In this document: piece by piece, positions 39,477 through 48,895 of the stretch
Position numbering within the stretch: the stretch's first letter is position 1
Layout of the letters: every line of letters begins with the position of its first letter
Assembly (NCBI GenBank): GCA_965205505.1
Contig: CBDBHB010000008.1
Span: 672,001 to 736,000 of the forward strand
Direction: 5' to 3'
From: Acidobacteriota bacterium
GTDB lineage: Bacteria; Acidobacteriota; UBA890; WLXD01
Length of the DNA stretch: 64,000 bases
The notes under the pieces: generated by a model
The model's database searches: none
The model's input: the letters and a program-made list of their open reading frames with translations, nothing else
What the model was told of the DNA's origin: nothing
Translations under genes and position numbers: made by a program

Positions 39477-40658
39477 CTATTCCTCGACGGGCTCCAACCG
39501 GTACACCGGGGTCAGATCAGCTCTTTCCTCGCCATCGATGGCGATGTAAATGTAGCCATCCGGTCCCTGGCGAACGTCGCGGACGCGACCCATCCCGAAC
39601 AGCAGCGTCTCCTCGAGATCGATGCTCTGGCCGTCTAGTGTCAGCCGTGCCAGTTGCTCTCCCGACAGACCGCCAGCGAACATGCTGCCGCGCCAGCCCG
39701 GAAACCGGTCACCGGTGTAGATCATCTGGCCTGACGCCCCGATCGACGGCACCCAGACATGCGCCGGGGGTTGTACCCCTTCCCGCATCGTCCCCTCGTG
39801 AATCGCCAGACCGGTCCCGTAGTTCACGCCGTAGCCGACCACCGGCCATCCGTAGTTCTTTCCGGCAAGCACGAGATTGACCTCGTCGCCGCCCTGCGGC
39901 CCGTGCTCAGTGATCCACACGTCGTCGGTGTCGGGGTGGATCACCAGACCCTGGGCGTTGCGATGCCCGTAGCTCCAGATCTCCGGCCTCGCCCCCTCCT
40001 GGCCGGCGAACGGGTTGTCGTCGGGCACGCGGCCATCGTCGTAGAGCCGGTTCGTCGTGCCGTGGTTGTTGGAGACGTCCTGGGCGGGGTGAGCCTCGAG
40101 ATCGCCGGTCGATGGAACCTGACGATCGCCGACCGTGATGAAGAGGTAGCCCTCGGCATCGAACGCCAGGCGGCAACCGTAGTGGCCCCGTCCTCTGCTG
40201 TCGGCCTCGAAAATCTCCTCGACGTCGGTGAGGCGGTCGTTCTCGAAGCGCCCGCGAACCACGGCGCTAGTGGCTTCGGAGCCGTCGCCGACTGGCTTGG
40301 AATAACTCAGATACAGCAGCCGGTTCGCGGCAAAGTCAGGATGCGGCACCACATCCATGAGCCCGCCCTGTCCCTGATAGAGGACCTGGGGCACCCCCTC
40401 TACCGGGTCGGCGACCAGCGCTCCGTCGCGCACGATCCGCAGCCGGCCGGCCTGCTCGGTGACCAGCATGTCGCCACCGGGGAGGAAGGCAATCGACCAG
40501 GGGTGCTCGAGAGCCTCGACAACGGTCACCACTCGGTAATCGTGGTAGGCAGACCGCATTACCGGCGACTGACCGGCTGCCTGCGGTGGATTGGCGTTAA
40601 GCGGTCCCCAAGCCGAAAGCACCAGCGCGGCGGCTACCGCGACGCGAATACGGACCAT
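39477..40658 (-). CDS. PQQ-dependent sugar dehydrogenase (soluble aldose dehydrogenase, YliI-like)
   Basis: LEHPWSIAFLP, GQGGLMDV, WSYGHRNAQG, EHGPQGGDE, NYGWP, GRVRDVRQGPDG. Confidence 0.93.
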   Translation of the reverse strand: MVRIRVAVAAALVLSAWGPLNANPPQAAGQSPVMRSAYHDYRVVTVVEALEHPWSIAFLPGGDMLVTEQAGRLRIVRDGALVADPVEGVPQVLYQGQGGLMDVVPHPDFAANRLLYLSYSKPVGDGSEATSAVVRGRFENDRLTDVEEIFEADSRGRGHYGCRLAFDAEGYLFITVGDRQVPSTGDLEAHPAQDVSNNHGTTNRLYDDGRVPDDNPFAGQEGARPEIWSYGHRNAQGLVIHPDTDDVWITEHGPQGGDEVNLVLAGKNYGWPVVGYGVNYGTGLAIHEGTMREGVQPPAHVWVPSIGASGQMIYTGDRFPGWRGSMFAGGLSGEQLARLTLDGQSIDLEETLLFGMGRVRDVRQGPDGYIYIAIDGEERADLTPVYRLEPVEE

Positions 40659-40800
40659 CTCAGTTCTCCTCGATCGAGAGTGTCATGCTGCGGTATCGGA
40701 AGAAGGACCGCCGCCGCGAGTCGGTTGGACTCGCCCAGAGGGTTCCACAGCAACTTGCTGCCTTGCGTGGAAGATTCTCATAATCGCATCGGAAAGTCGC

Positions 40801-41883
40801 TCAGACCTTGGCCGCTGGCGGCCAGTAGGTGCGAAACTCGGCGCCGTGGCCCGGCCCCGCGGAACGTCCCTGTATGCGTCCCCCGGACGACAGCATCAGA
40901 GCCCGCACGATGTGGAGTCCGAGACCGGCCCCGCGTCCGGAGCGGCGCAGCTCGTCGCCCGGCCGGTAGAACTTGTCGAACAGACTCTCGGTAGCGCTCG
41001 GTTCGAATCCGCGACCGTTGTCGACGACCTCCACGACAACTTCGCCGGCTGCCGAGGTCGCCGACAGGCCCACGCTCGGGTCGACCGGTGTATCGCGAAC
41101 CGCCTCGAAGGCGTTCTCGAGCAGGTTACGAACTACTGTCCGCAGCGCCGTCTCATCCGCCAAGATGGCGAGCGATTCCGGGATCTGCACCTCGAACGCG
41201 ATGCCGCGGGCGGCAGCTCTCTCGACGAACCCTGGCAGGAGCGGATCGAGAGCAAGCCCGACCGATAGCTGGGTCCGATAGAGCGTCAGTGCCCCCTCTT
41301 CGATTCGGGCACTCTCGAGCAGGTTGTCGACCATCGCCTGCAGTCGCTCCAATCCCCGTAGGACCCGCTCGACATGTCGCTGGCGGCCTTCGCGGTCCAG
41401 GTCACGAAGCGCCAGAGTGTCGGCCGCCACTCGCGCGGCCGCGAGCGGGCTCTTGAACTCGTGGCTGACTGCTGCCAGAAAATTGTCCTGTCGGCGGCGC
41501 AGCCGGGCTTCCTGGCGCAGCACCCGCGCGATCATCGACAGCGCCGCCAGGAGAACCGCGAGGAAGAACGCTCCCTCCCAGAGGTAACGATTCAAGCGGC
41601 CTCGACGCTGCGTCTCCAGGCGTGGCAGGACGGTCCGGTCGAGCTCCGCAACGCCATCACGAACGTGGACGTCATCGATCAGGCTCTCGACCTCGGCGTC
41701 GGGAACGCCGGCCCCGAGCAGGGCCTCGGCGATCGCCAGGCGCTCCTCATGCAGCCTGGCGAGCTGGGAGCGCACTTCGTCGGTAAACCACACCTGGTCC
41801 AGCATCCACCAGCCCAGCTGCGCGACGCTGATCACCAACAGCGCGGCGAATCCCCAGCGCACGAACAGCAGTCGCCGATCCAC
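40801..41883 (-). CDS. Membrane sensor histidine kinase (HisKA + HATPase), no adjacent regulator
   Basis: Two TM helices (AQLGWW; YLWEGAFFL), H-box AVSHEFKSPL, N-box NLLENA, DNGRG, GLGLHIV; RBS GGAGG before GTG 41883. Confidence 0.92.
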   Translation of the reverse strand: MDRRLLFVRWGFAALLVISVAQLGWWMLDQVWFTDEVRSQLARLHEERLAIAEALLGAGVPDAEVESLIDDVHVRDGVAELDRTVLPRLETQRRGRLNRYLWEGAFFLAVLLAALSMIARVLRQEARLRRRQDNFLAAVSHEFKSPLAAARVAADTLALRDLDREGRQRHVERVLRGLERLQAMVDNLLESARIEEGALTLYRTQLSVGLALDPLLPGFVERAAARGIAFEVQIPESLAILADETALRTVVRNLLENAFEAVRDTPVDPSVGLSATSAAGEVVVEVVDNGRGFEPSATESLFDKFYRPGDELRRSGRGAGLGLHIVRALMLSSGGRIQGRSAGPGHGAEFRTYWPPAAKV

Positions 41884-41936
41884 CTCGCCTCCCCGATTCA
41901 CGGGCCCGCGCGGAGGCACGGCCCGAAACGGCCATT

Positions 41937-42100
41937 CTAGTGTCCTGTAACAGATGATCGTTGCATATCGTGGTGGCGAAATGGGTCCGGATGCCAGGCG
42001 CGACGACGAGACGATGTTTGCCCATCTTCGAGGAGGAGCAACGCCGCAGACGGGCCGATTCCGCCGGCCGTCTCCGGCGCCGGCCAGTGGAAGTAGCGAG
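41937..42100. repeat. Long palindromic intergenic element (MITE-like or structured RNA), copy B
   Basis: Starts CTAGTGTCCTGT; stem GGCGAAAT.GGTCCG...CGGGCC.ATTCCGCC; homologous to 37741-37925. Confidence 0.6.
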
Positions 42101-42102
42101 AA

Positions 42103-42864
42103 TCAGGCGGCCGGAAACGTCCGTCGGTGCCGGAGAGAGGCGTAGGTCAACCAGGCTAGTGGCATGGCCACCAGCATGTAAGTGATGTACCGACCGTAGC
42201 GTCCGTCAGGGCCGTAGGGCTCGGTCGCCCAGTGCAATGGCTCGCTGTAGGGCAGGACGTTAGCTTCGGTGAGCTCATGGAACCCGTAGATCAGCAGCTG
42301 CGCGACGAAGACCAGCAGGAAGACGGCAGTGACCTGGAAGAACAAAGCCAGGTTGACCCGATGGCCGTAGCGCGACCACAGCCAGGCGACGCTCGCAGCG
42401 GTCAGGAGCCCGGCCATGGCTCCAACGATGAGCGGGATCGATTGAATCTGACGGAACAGCACGTTCATCAAGAGCGCCGTCTCCATGCCCTCGCGCGTGA
42501 TCATGAACAGCGTGAAGACAAACACACCGAGGAGGGCTCCGCGCCCGTCGTTGCGCGCCGCATCGTTCAAGTGCTGCTCGATGTTGCCCTTCAGATGCTT
42601 CGCCGTGCGCCACATGTGGACCGTCAACGAGGCCACCATGATGGCCGCCACCAGCGCCAGGATTCCTTCCCATAGTGCCTGGTTCGCGGCCCGAGCGAAC
42701 AACACACCGGCAATGATGCTTACCGCCACCGAGGCAGCGACGCCCCAGTAGATCGCCGGCACCAACTTCGCGCGCCCGCTCTTGCGGAGGTACGCGAGGC
42801 TAATGGCGATGATCAGAAAAGCCTCTAGGCCCTCCCTCAGTGTGATGATGTAGGAACTCAGCAT
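42103..42864 (-). CDS. FTR1/EfeU family iron permease
   Basis: Two RExxE motifs (REGLE, REGME), seven hydrophobic segments, GFHEL. Confidence 0.92.
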   Translation of the reverse strand: MLSSYIITLREGLEAFLIIAISLAYLRKSGRAKLVPAIYWGVAASVAVSIIAGVLFARAANQALWEGILALVAAIMVASLTVHMWRTAKHLKGNIEQHLNDAARNDGRGALLGVFVFTLFMITREGMETALLMNVLFRQIQSIPLIVGAMAGLLTAASVAWLWSRYGHRVNLALFFQVTAVFLLVFVAQLLIYGFHELTEANVLPYSEPLHWATEPYGPDGRYGRYITYMLVAMPLAWLTYASLRHRRTFPAA

Positions 42865-42955
42865 CCGATTGCCGCCCCGAGCCGCCGGTGCGCGGCCGGT
42901 AGAACCTGCCGCAGCATGGTTGATGAAGAAAATTGCCAGCGAGATCGACTCGCTG

Positions 42956-43006
42956 TTGAGATCGCGTCTCAGTAGCAGAGTACGGCCGACAATCCCTGTC
43001 CGTCAA
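42956..43006 (-). promoter_or_regulatory. Sigma70 promoter for FTR1 with a Fur-box-like palindrome at the predicted start site
   Basis: Minus strand TTGACG(43006-43001)-N18-TACTCT(42982-42977); TGAGA-TCGCG-TCTCA (42957-42971) immediately downstream. Confidence 0.6.
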
Positions 43007-43131
43007 GACCGCCGCCAGCGGCGACTCCCCCGTCGGTCTTGTATATGGTCAATTGCGGCGTTCGTCGGGCTTCCGAGCGGCCTTGTAGGCGCCGGCAAAG
43101 CGATCACCGATCGGCGACACGGAGGACGAAC

Positions 43132-44028
43132 ATGCATACACCGGATTCGGCCTCGATCATCGGCGCCGGGACGATGGGACGGCGCATCGCCTTCGGATGC
43201 GTCATACGCGGCGTAGGGGTGCGCATCTTCGACACCGACCCGGTGGCACTTGAAGACGCGGTTGACGCCGTGTAGCAGCTCGTTCGCGAGCGTGTCGCGG
43301 ACGGTCGGCTATCGTCAGAGGCACTTGACCAGTCGGCGCAACTGCTCGCGCCCAGCGACTCGCTCGCTAGTTGCGTCGCCGATAGCCCGCTGGTGATCGA
43401 GACGGTTGACGAGCGGCTCGAGTTGAAGCGTGAGGTATTCGCCAAGATCGACCGTTATGCTCCGGCCGACGCGCTGATCGTGTCCAACACGTCCTCGCTG
43501 CCGGCGTCGACGCTCGCACCGGCAACCGGGCGCCCGGCCAATTTCCTCAACTTCAACTTCGGCCCACCCGATGACCTCAAGGTCGAGATCATGGGTCACT
43601 CAGGAACGGATCCGGCGAGGGTCAAACAGCTCGTCGCCTTCGTAGCGCGTCTCGGTCTGGTGCCGATTGTTGCCAGCCGAGAGATCTAGGGCTACGTCAG
43701 CAATCGTGTTTGGCGGGCGGTCAAGAAGGAGGTGCTGTTCCTGCTCGACCAGGGATACTCCACGCCGGAGGATATCGATCGCGGCTGGATGCTGGATTGG
43801 AACACGCCGATCGGGCCCTGTGGCGCGATGGATCAGATCGGCCTCGACGTGGTGCGCGACATCGAGCAGGTGTATTACGAGACCAGCGGCGATCCGTCCG
43901 ACCGTCCGCCGCAGTTGCTCCACGACATGATCGCAAACGGCAAACTCGGTGAGAAATCCGGCGAGGGCTTCTACCGCTACCCCGATCCTGCTTATATGCG
44001 CCCGGGATGGAGAACGAGAGTCGAATGA
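43132..44028 (+). pseudogene. 3-hydroxyacyl-CoA / carnitine-dehydrogenase-like NAD-dependent dehydrogenase with two in-frame TAG (43273, 43687)
   Basis: RBS GGAGG; IIGAGTMGRRIA, VIETVDERLELKREVF, SNTSSL, EI*GYVSNRVWRA, PEDIDR, GPCGAMDQIGLD, LGEKSGEGFY all in one frame. Confidence 0.88.
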
Positions 44029-44981
44029 CCGATACCTGGAACTACGGTGACGCGCACGCCTACATGCGCCAGCTGGCGGCTGGCATGCCACCGGTGATCA
44101 TCTGCCTGGCAGCGAACGGCGGAATCCAGGGAAAGGAGTACTGCGCCGCGCTCCCGGAGACCGCCGAAGAGGTCGCCGATTCGGTCGGAGAAGCCTATGA
44201 CGTCGGCGCATCGATGGTGCACATCCACGCCCGAGATCCCGAGACCCTCTGGAAGGGCGCCACGACGACCGACGTGTGGCTCGACTACAACAGCAAGATC
44301 CGCGCGCGGTGCCCGGACATCATCATCAACAACACCACCGGCGGCGACCTATGGATGGACAACGAGCAGCGTCTTTCCTGCCTCGACGCCAATCCGGAGA
44401 TTGCCTCATTGAATCTGGCGCCCGATATGGGGAAGTTCAGGCTCAAGCCGCGTACCGAGCCGCTCCCCCACCCGCGCCCGGAGATCGTTTACGACGGCTG
44501 CGCCCCGTTCACCTATGAGCAGATCTCGCACTTTGCCCGACAGATGAAGCAGCGCGGCATCAAGCCGGAGCTGGAGACCTATCATCCCGGGTGCGGCTGG
44601 GTGATTCGCGACCTGATCGACCAGGATCTGATCGAGCCTCCCTACTGGGTGCAGACCGTGATGGGCTACCAGACCTCGAGCTTCCCGACGGTCGACAACG
44701 TCGTGCAGATCGTACGTGAGTTTCCCGAGCGATCTGTGTGGCTGTGCTCGGGAATCGGCGCACACCAGCCGCCCATGACGACGCTGTCGCTCATCATGGG
44801 CGGGCACGTGCGCGTCGGGCTCGAGGACAACGTCTACTACCGGCGAGGCGAGAAGGCCACCAGCAATCGGCAGCTGGTGGAGCGGGCCGGGCGCATGGCG
44901 CACGAGCTCAATCGTGAGATCGCCACCCCGGCGCAAGCACGCGAGATGCTGGGGCTGTCGGCCACGCCGACGCAGTATTGA
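44025..44981 (+). CDS. Beta-keto acid cleavage enzyme (BKACE/DUF849, Kce family)
   Basis: LPETAEEVA, GASMVHIHARD, INNTTGG, PEIASLN, KPELE, GGHVRVGLEDN, IATPAQAREMLGL. Confidence 0.93.
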   Translation: MTDTWNYGDAHAYMRQLAAGMPPVIICLAANGGIQGKEYCAALPETAEEVADSVGEAYDVGASMVHIHARDPETLWKGATTTDVWLDYNSKIRARCPDIIINNTTGGDLWMDNEQRLSCLDANPEIASLNLAPDMGKFRLKPRTEPLPHPRPEIVYDGCAPFTYEQISHFARQMKQRGIKPELETYHPGCGWVIRDLIDQDLIEPPYWVQTVMGYQTSSFPTVDNVVQIVREFPERSVWLCSGIGAHQPPMTTLSLIMGGHVRVGLEDNVYYRRGEKATSNRQLVERAGRMAHELNREIATPAQAREMLGLSATPTQY

Positions 44982-45024
44982 TGTCGGCCCGCAATCGCCA
45001 GCGGGCGTGTCTCCCCGGCCGGCG

Positions 45025-46503
45025 ATGGTGGCGGCCGAGCGGCGTCGCCCGGTGAGCGTCGAACGCGCCACGCTGAAGAAGGACATCGAGCTCTGGTCGC
45101 TGTTCAGCCTTTCGTTCGGCACCATCGTCGGCGTCGGTTGGATCACGGTCATGGGCTCTTGGCTGGGCGCCGCCGGCTCGATCGGCTCGATCCTGGCGTT
45201 TGCCGGCGGCGGCGCCGTGATCTTGCTGATCGGGCTCTGCTACGCGGAGATCGCCGGCATGTACCCGGTCTCCGGTGGAGAGGTAGCCTACGTCTACGAA
45301 ACCTACGGAACACGCCTCAGCTTCGCGACTGGATGGCTGCTCGCCTACAGCTACATCTCGACGACGAGCTTCGAGGCAGTTTCGATCGGGTGGCTCCTAT
45401 CGGCGATCATGCCGGGCTTCGGTGGGCCCGTGGTCTATTCAGTTCTGGGTGCCGATGTACGTCTGTGGGACCTTGTCCTGGGCCTATCGTTGATGGGCAT
45501 GATCACGATCATCAACTACCGCGGCGGCAAGACCACCACACGCTTCCAGGACATCATGACGGTGACGCTGCTGGCCGCCACCGCGGTCTTCGTGAGCGTG
45601 GCGCTGATCGGCGGCGACTTCGGGAATCTGGAGCCCACGTTCGTCGGAGCCACCTCGGGCGGAGTGGTGTTCGGAATCCTGACCGTCATGGCCGCGACCC
45701 CCTTCTTTTTGGCCGGCTTCGACACCATTCCGCAGGCGATGGGAGAGCTGGCGGAGGGCGTCCACCTGCGCCTGCTGCCAAAGATAATGGCCCTTTCGAT
45801 CGGCCTGTCGATCGTCTTCTATTGCCTGGTGATCCTCGCGGCGGCGGTGAGCTTGCCACGGGCGGAGCTCCTGGCCTTCGACCTGCCCGTAGCCGGAGCT
45901 CTAGAAGCCGCGTTTGAATCTGCCTTCATGGGCCGGCTTGTTCTGTTCGCGGGCCTATGCGGCCTGATCACCACGTGGAACGCGATCTTCTTCGCCTCTA
46001 CACGCGTCATCTTCTCGTTGGGTCGGGCGTACATGATCCCTCCGGTGTTCGGGCGCGTGCACCCGAGGTACGGATCTCCCACAGTCGCGGTGGTCTTCGT
46101 AGGGATCGTGGGCGCCATCGGTGCCCTCTTCGGTCGCAACGCCATCGGCGTGATCGTCAGCACATCGGGGGCATCGTTCGCGCTGGTGTTCGCGGTCGTG
46201 GTGCTCGGCATCGCCAAGCTGCGAAGCACACATCCGCAACACGAGCGACCCTATCGACTCCCCGTTGGCCGCCCACTAATGGTGATCGGCGCCATCTTCG
46301 GCGTCGCACTGTTCTTGATGGCGATGTACGAGCCCTACATCGCCGCGGGCAACCGAGTACCTCCTGAGTGGACTGCACTGATCGTGTGGGTGGTGCTCGG
46401 CGCTCTGTTCTACTGGTCCGCGACCGGATTGCGCTGCCAGATCAGTGAAAAAGACCGTCGTTGGCTGGTGCTCAACGAGGGTGCAGCAACGCCACGAGAC
46501 TGA
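45025..46503 (+). CDS. APC-family amino acid permease
   Basis: FGTIVGVGW, YAEIAGMYPVSGG, FLAGFDTIPQ, RPYRLP; about 12 TM segments. Confidence 0.92.
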   Translation: MVAAERRRPVSVERATLKKDIELWSLFSLSFGTIVGVGWITVMGSWLGAAGSIGSILAFAGGGAVILLIGLCYAEIAGMYPVSGGEVAYVYETYGTRLSFATGWLLAYSYISTTSFEAVSIGWLLSAIMPGFGGPVVYSVLGADVRLWDLVLGLSLMGMITIINYRGGKTTTRFQDIMTVTLLAATAVFVSVALIGGDFGNLEPTFVGATSGGVVFGILTVMAATPFFLAGFDTIPQAMGELAEGVHLRLLPKIMALSIGLSIVFYCLVILAAAVSLPRAELLAFDLPVAGALEAAFESAFMGRLVLFAGLCGLITTWNAIFFASTRVIFSLGRAYMIPPVFGRVHPRYGSPTVAVVFVGIVGAIGALFGRNAIGVIVSTSGASFALVFAVVVLGIAKLRSTHPQHERPYRLPVGRPLMVIGAIFGVALFLMAMYEPYIAAGNRVPPEWTALIVWVVLGALFYWSATGLRCQISEKDRRWLVLNEGAATPRD

Positions 46504-46515
46504 AGGAGCGGTCGC

Positions 46516-48851
46516 ATGACAAGCGAGCAGGCACCGATGACCTTGCCAAACCAGCCCCGAGCCAGGCACAGTGGCGCCCGCTACACGGTGGCGGCGCTGG
46601 TGGCCGCAAGCGCGCTCGCAGGCGCCCTCACAAGCAGCGCGCGCCGGCGGCACCGACACGCCTTTCTTCGACGTCTACGACGCCGGCGTGCAGGTGGCCG
46701 AGCTGGCCATCGGGCCGGATCGCGTCAGCATTCGCAAGAAGGACGTTGCCGACAACTCGTGGGCCGGCGACGGAGGCCGGGCTAGGCGATATCGGCCACA
46801 ACGAGGTGTTCGAGCTGACCGGCTCGATCCGCCACCTGCCCGCCAAGCTCGCCGGCCTTGCGGCCATCGACTGGTGGTCGTTAGTGGCCGTCGGCTGGCC
46901 CGATGCCGACACCATCTACACACGCCATCGCGAGCTCGAGGGCGATGTGGGCAGCAAAACCACCACTGGCGTCTACTGGGCCGAAAAGGACGCCAGCCAA
47001 CCGCTGGATCTGGTGTTCGACCGCGAAAACCGCTTGATCGCCGGAGTCGATGTCAGCCGCGATCGAGTCATGGTGCGTCGCGGGTATGAGGCGTTCACCA
47101 CCGTCGAGCGTTGGCGCGACGCCGGCGTGGCGCAACCCGAATACGGCTTTCGTGCGCTGCAGAAGGCCCTGGTCGCGATGTCCGACGGTGTTCGGCTCGA
47201 CACCCTCGTGTACCTACCGGTCGGACCGAGCGCCGGCCCGTTTCCGACCATCTTCGTGCGTTCCCCCTACGGCATCGGAAACCTGATCAACAACTACTGG
47301 TACCACGCCGTCAGAGGCTATGCGCTCGTATTCCAGGCGGCTCGCGGCACCTCGTTTCTCGATCCGGAGAACCGCTCCGAGGGCGTCTGGGAAGAAATGG
47401 TGCGCGAGCCACAGGACGGCGGCGAAGCGCTCCAGTGGATCGTCGAGCAACCCTGGTCGAACGGCGATGTCTGCATGCAGGGCGGCTCCTACGTCGGCTA
47501 CACGCAGTGGTCGGTATCGATGGCCGACAACCCGGCGCTGAAATGCATCGTGCCCGAGGTCTCGATGGGCACCGCGTTCGCCGACCAGCCGTTCATGGGC
47601 GGTACCTTCGTGACCGGCTCTGCCTACTACATGTTCTAGATGCTCGAGCACGAGCTGCTTCCGGAGCGCCGCTGGAGCGAGGTGCTACGCCACCGGCCGC
47701 TGATCGACATGGACAACTTTGCCATCGGCAGCAACGTGCCGGGGTGGGACACGTCGCTATCGCACTGGGGTAACGACGAGTACTGGAAGCAGCAGGATTG
47801 GCACGACCGCGATCTCGAGCGCGACTTCGCCACGCTTCAGATCAGCGGTTGGTTCGACGACGACTTCCCCGGCACGCGTAGCAACTGGGCGTTGATGCAA
47901 AGCGTCGGGCGGCAGCCGCAACGGTTGATCATCGGTCCATGGCGACACGGCTACAACAACGACCGGCGGCTCAACGGCTACTCGTATGGTCCCGATTCGC
48001 TACGCGACGATATCCGGCTCCTCAAGCAGAAGTGGTATGACCGGTTTCTCGGGGGCATGGAAAACGATGTGACCGAGCCCGTCGTCGAGTACTTCATGCT
48101 CGGAGAGAATCGCTGGCGCCAAAGCACCGCGTGGCCACCGCCGGAAGCCAGCGATCAGCGCTGGTACCTGCACGGCGGCGGCCTGGCGAATCGATCGTTC
48201 GCCGACGGCGCGTTGAGCCTCGAGCCCCCGGCAGCGGCACAGCCCCCCGAGCGCTACCTCTACGACCCCGACGACCCGACGCCGAACTGGTACAACTTCG
48301 ACCTCATGGAGAGCTGGTCGGACGTGCAGTCCTTTCCCTACGACTTCAAGGACATCGAGGCCCGTCACGACGTCGTCGTCTACACCTCGCCGCCGCTCCA
48401 GGAGGACCTCACGATCGCCGGCAACATCATGCTCGAGCTGTACGCCTCGACCGACGTGCGCGATACCGATTGGTGGGTGCATGTGTCCGACGTCGACGCC
48501 GAGCTGCGGTCGCATCGGCTGACCGTGGGCGTGCTCCGGGCGCGCTTCCGCAACCTCGACGACCCCGAATACCACGTGTTTGGCTCGAACTTCGAGCGCG
48601 AGGACCTGCTGTCGGGGAACCTCGACGAGGTCGTTCGCTACCGCGTCAGCGCTCCGGCGATCGCCAACACGTTCAAGGCGGGCCACCGTGTCCGCGTGGC
48701 GGTGATGAACGCCCTCGACAACTACTCGTTCCCCAACTCGAACACCGGCGGCGACGAGGCGCGCGTCACGGAAACCGTCACCGGGACGATGGTGATCCAC
48801 CACACGCCCGAGCACCCGAGCCATATCGTGCTGCCGGTGATGCCGCGCTAA
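46516..48851 (+). pseudogene. Secreted CocE/NonD (S15) hydrolase with two +1 frameshifts (~46640, ~46772) and an in-frame TAG (47637)
   Basis: Signal peptide; MSDGVRLDT, RSPYG, MQGGSYVG, SGWFDDD, IIGPWRHG, VYTSPPL, FKAGHRVR across three frames and through the stop. Confidence 0.85.
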
Positions 48852-48895
48852 CAGGCTGTCGGGCGATCTCCGATGGATTGGTTACGGCCTGCTAG
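48848..48895. repeat. Short inverted-repeat remnant between convergent genes
   Basis: CTAA-CAGGCTGT...ACGGCCTG-CTAG; ends resemble the CTAGCAGGCC terminus of the 31-bp repeat. Confidence 0.45.
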
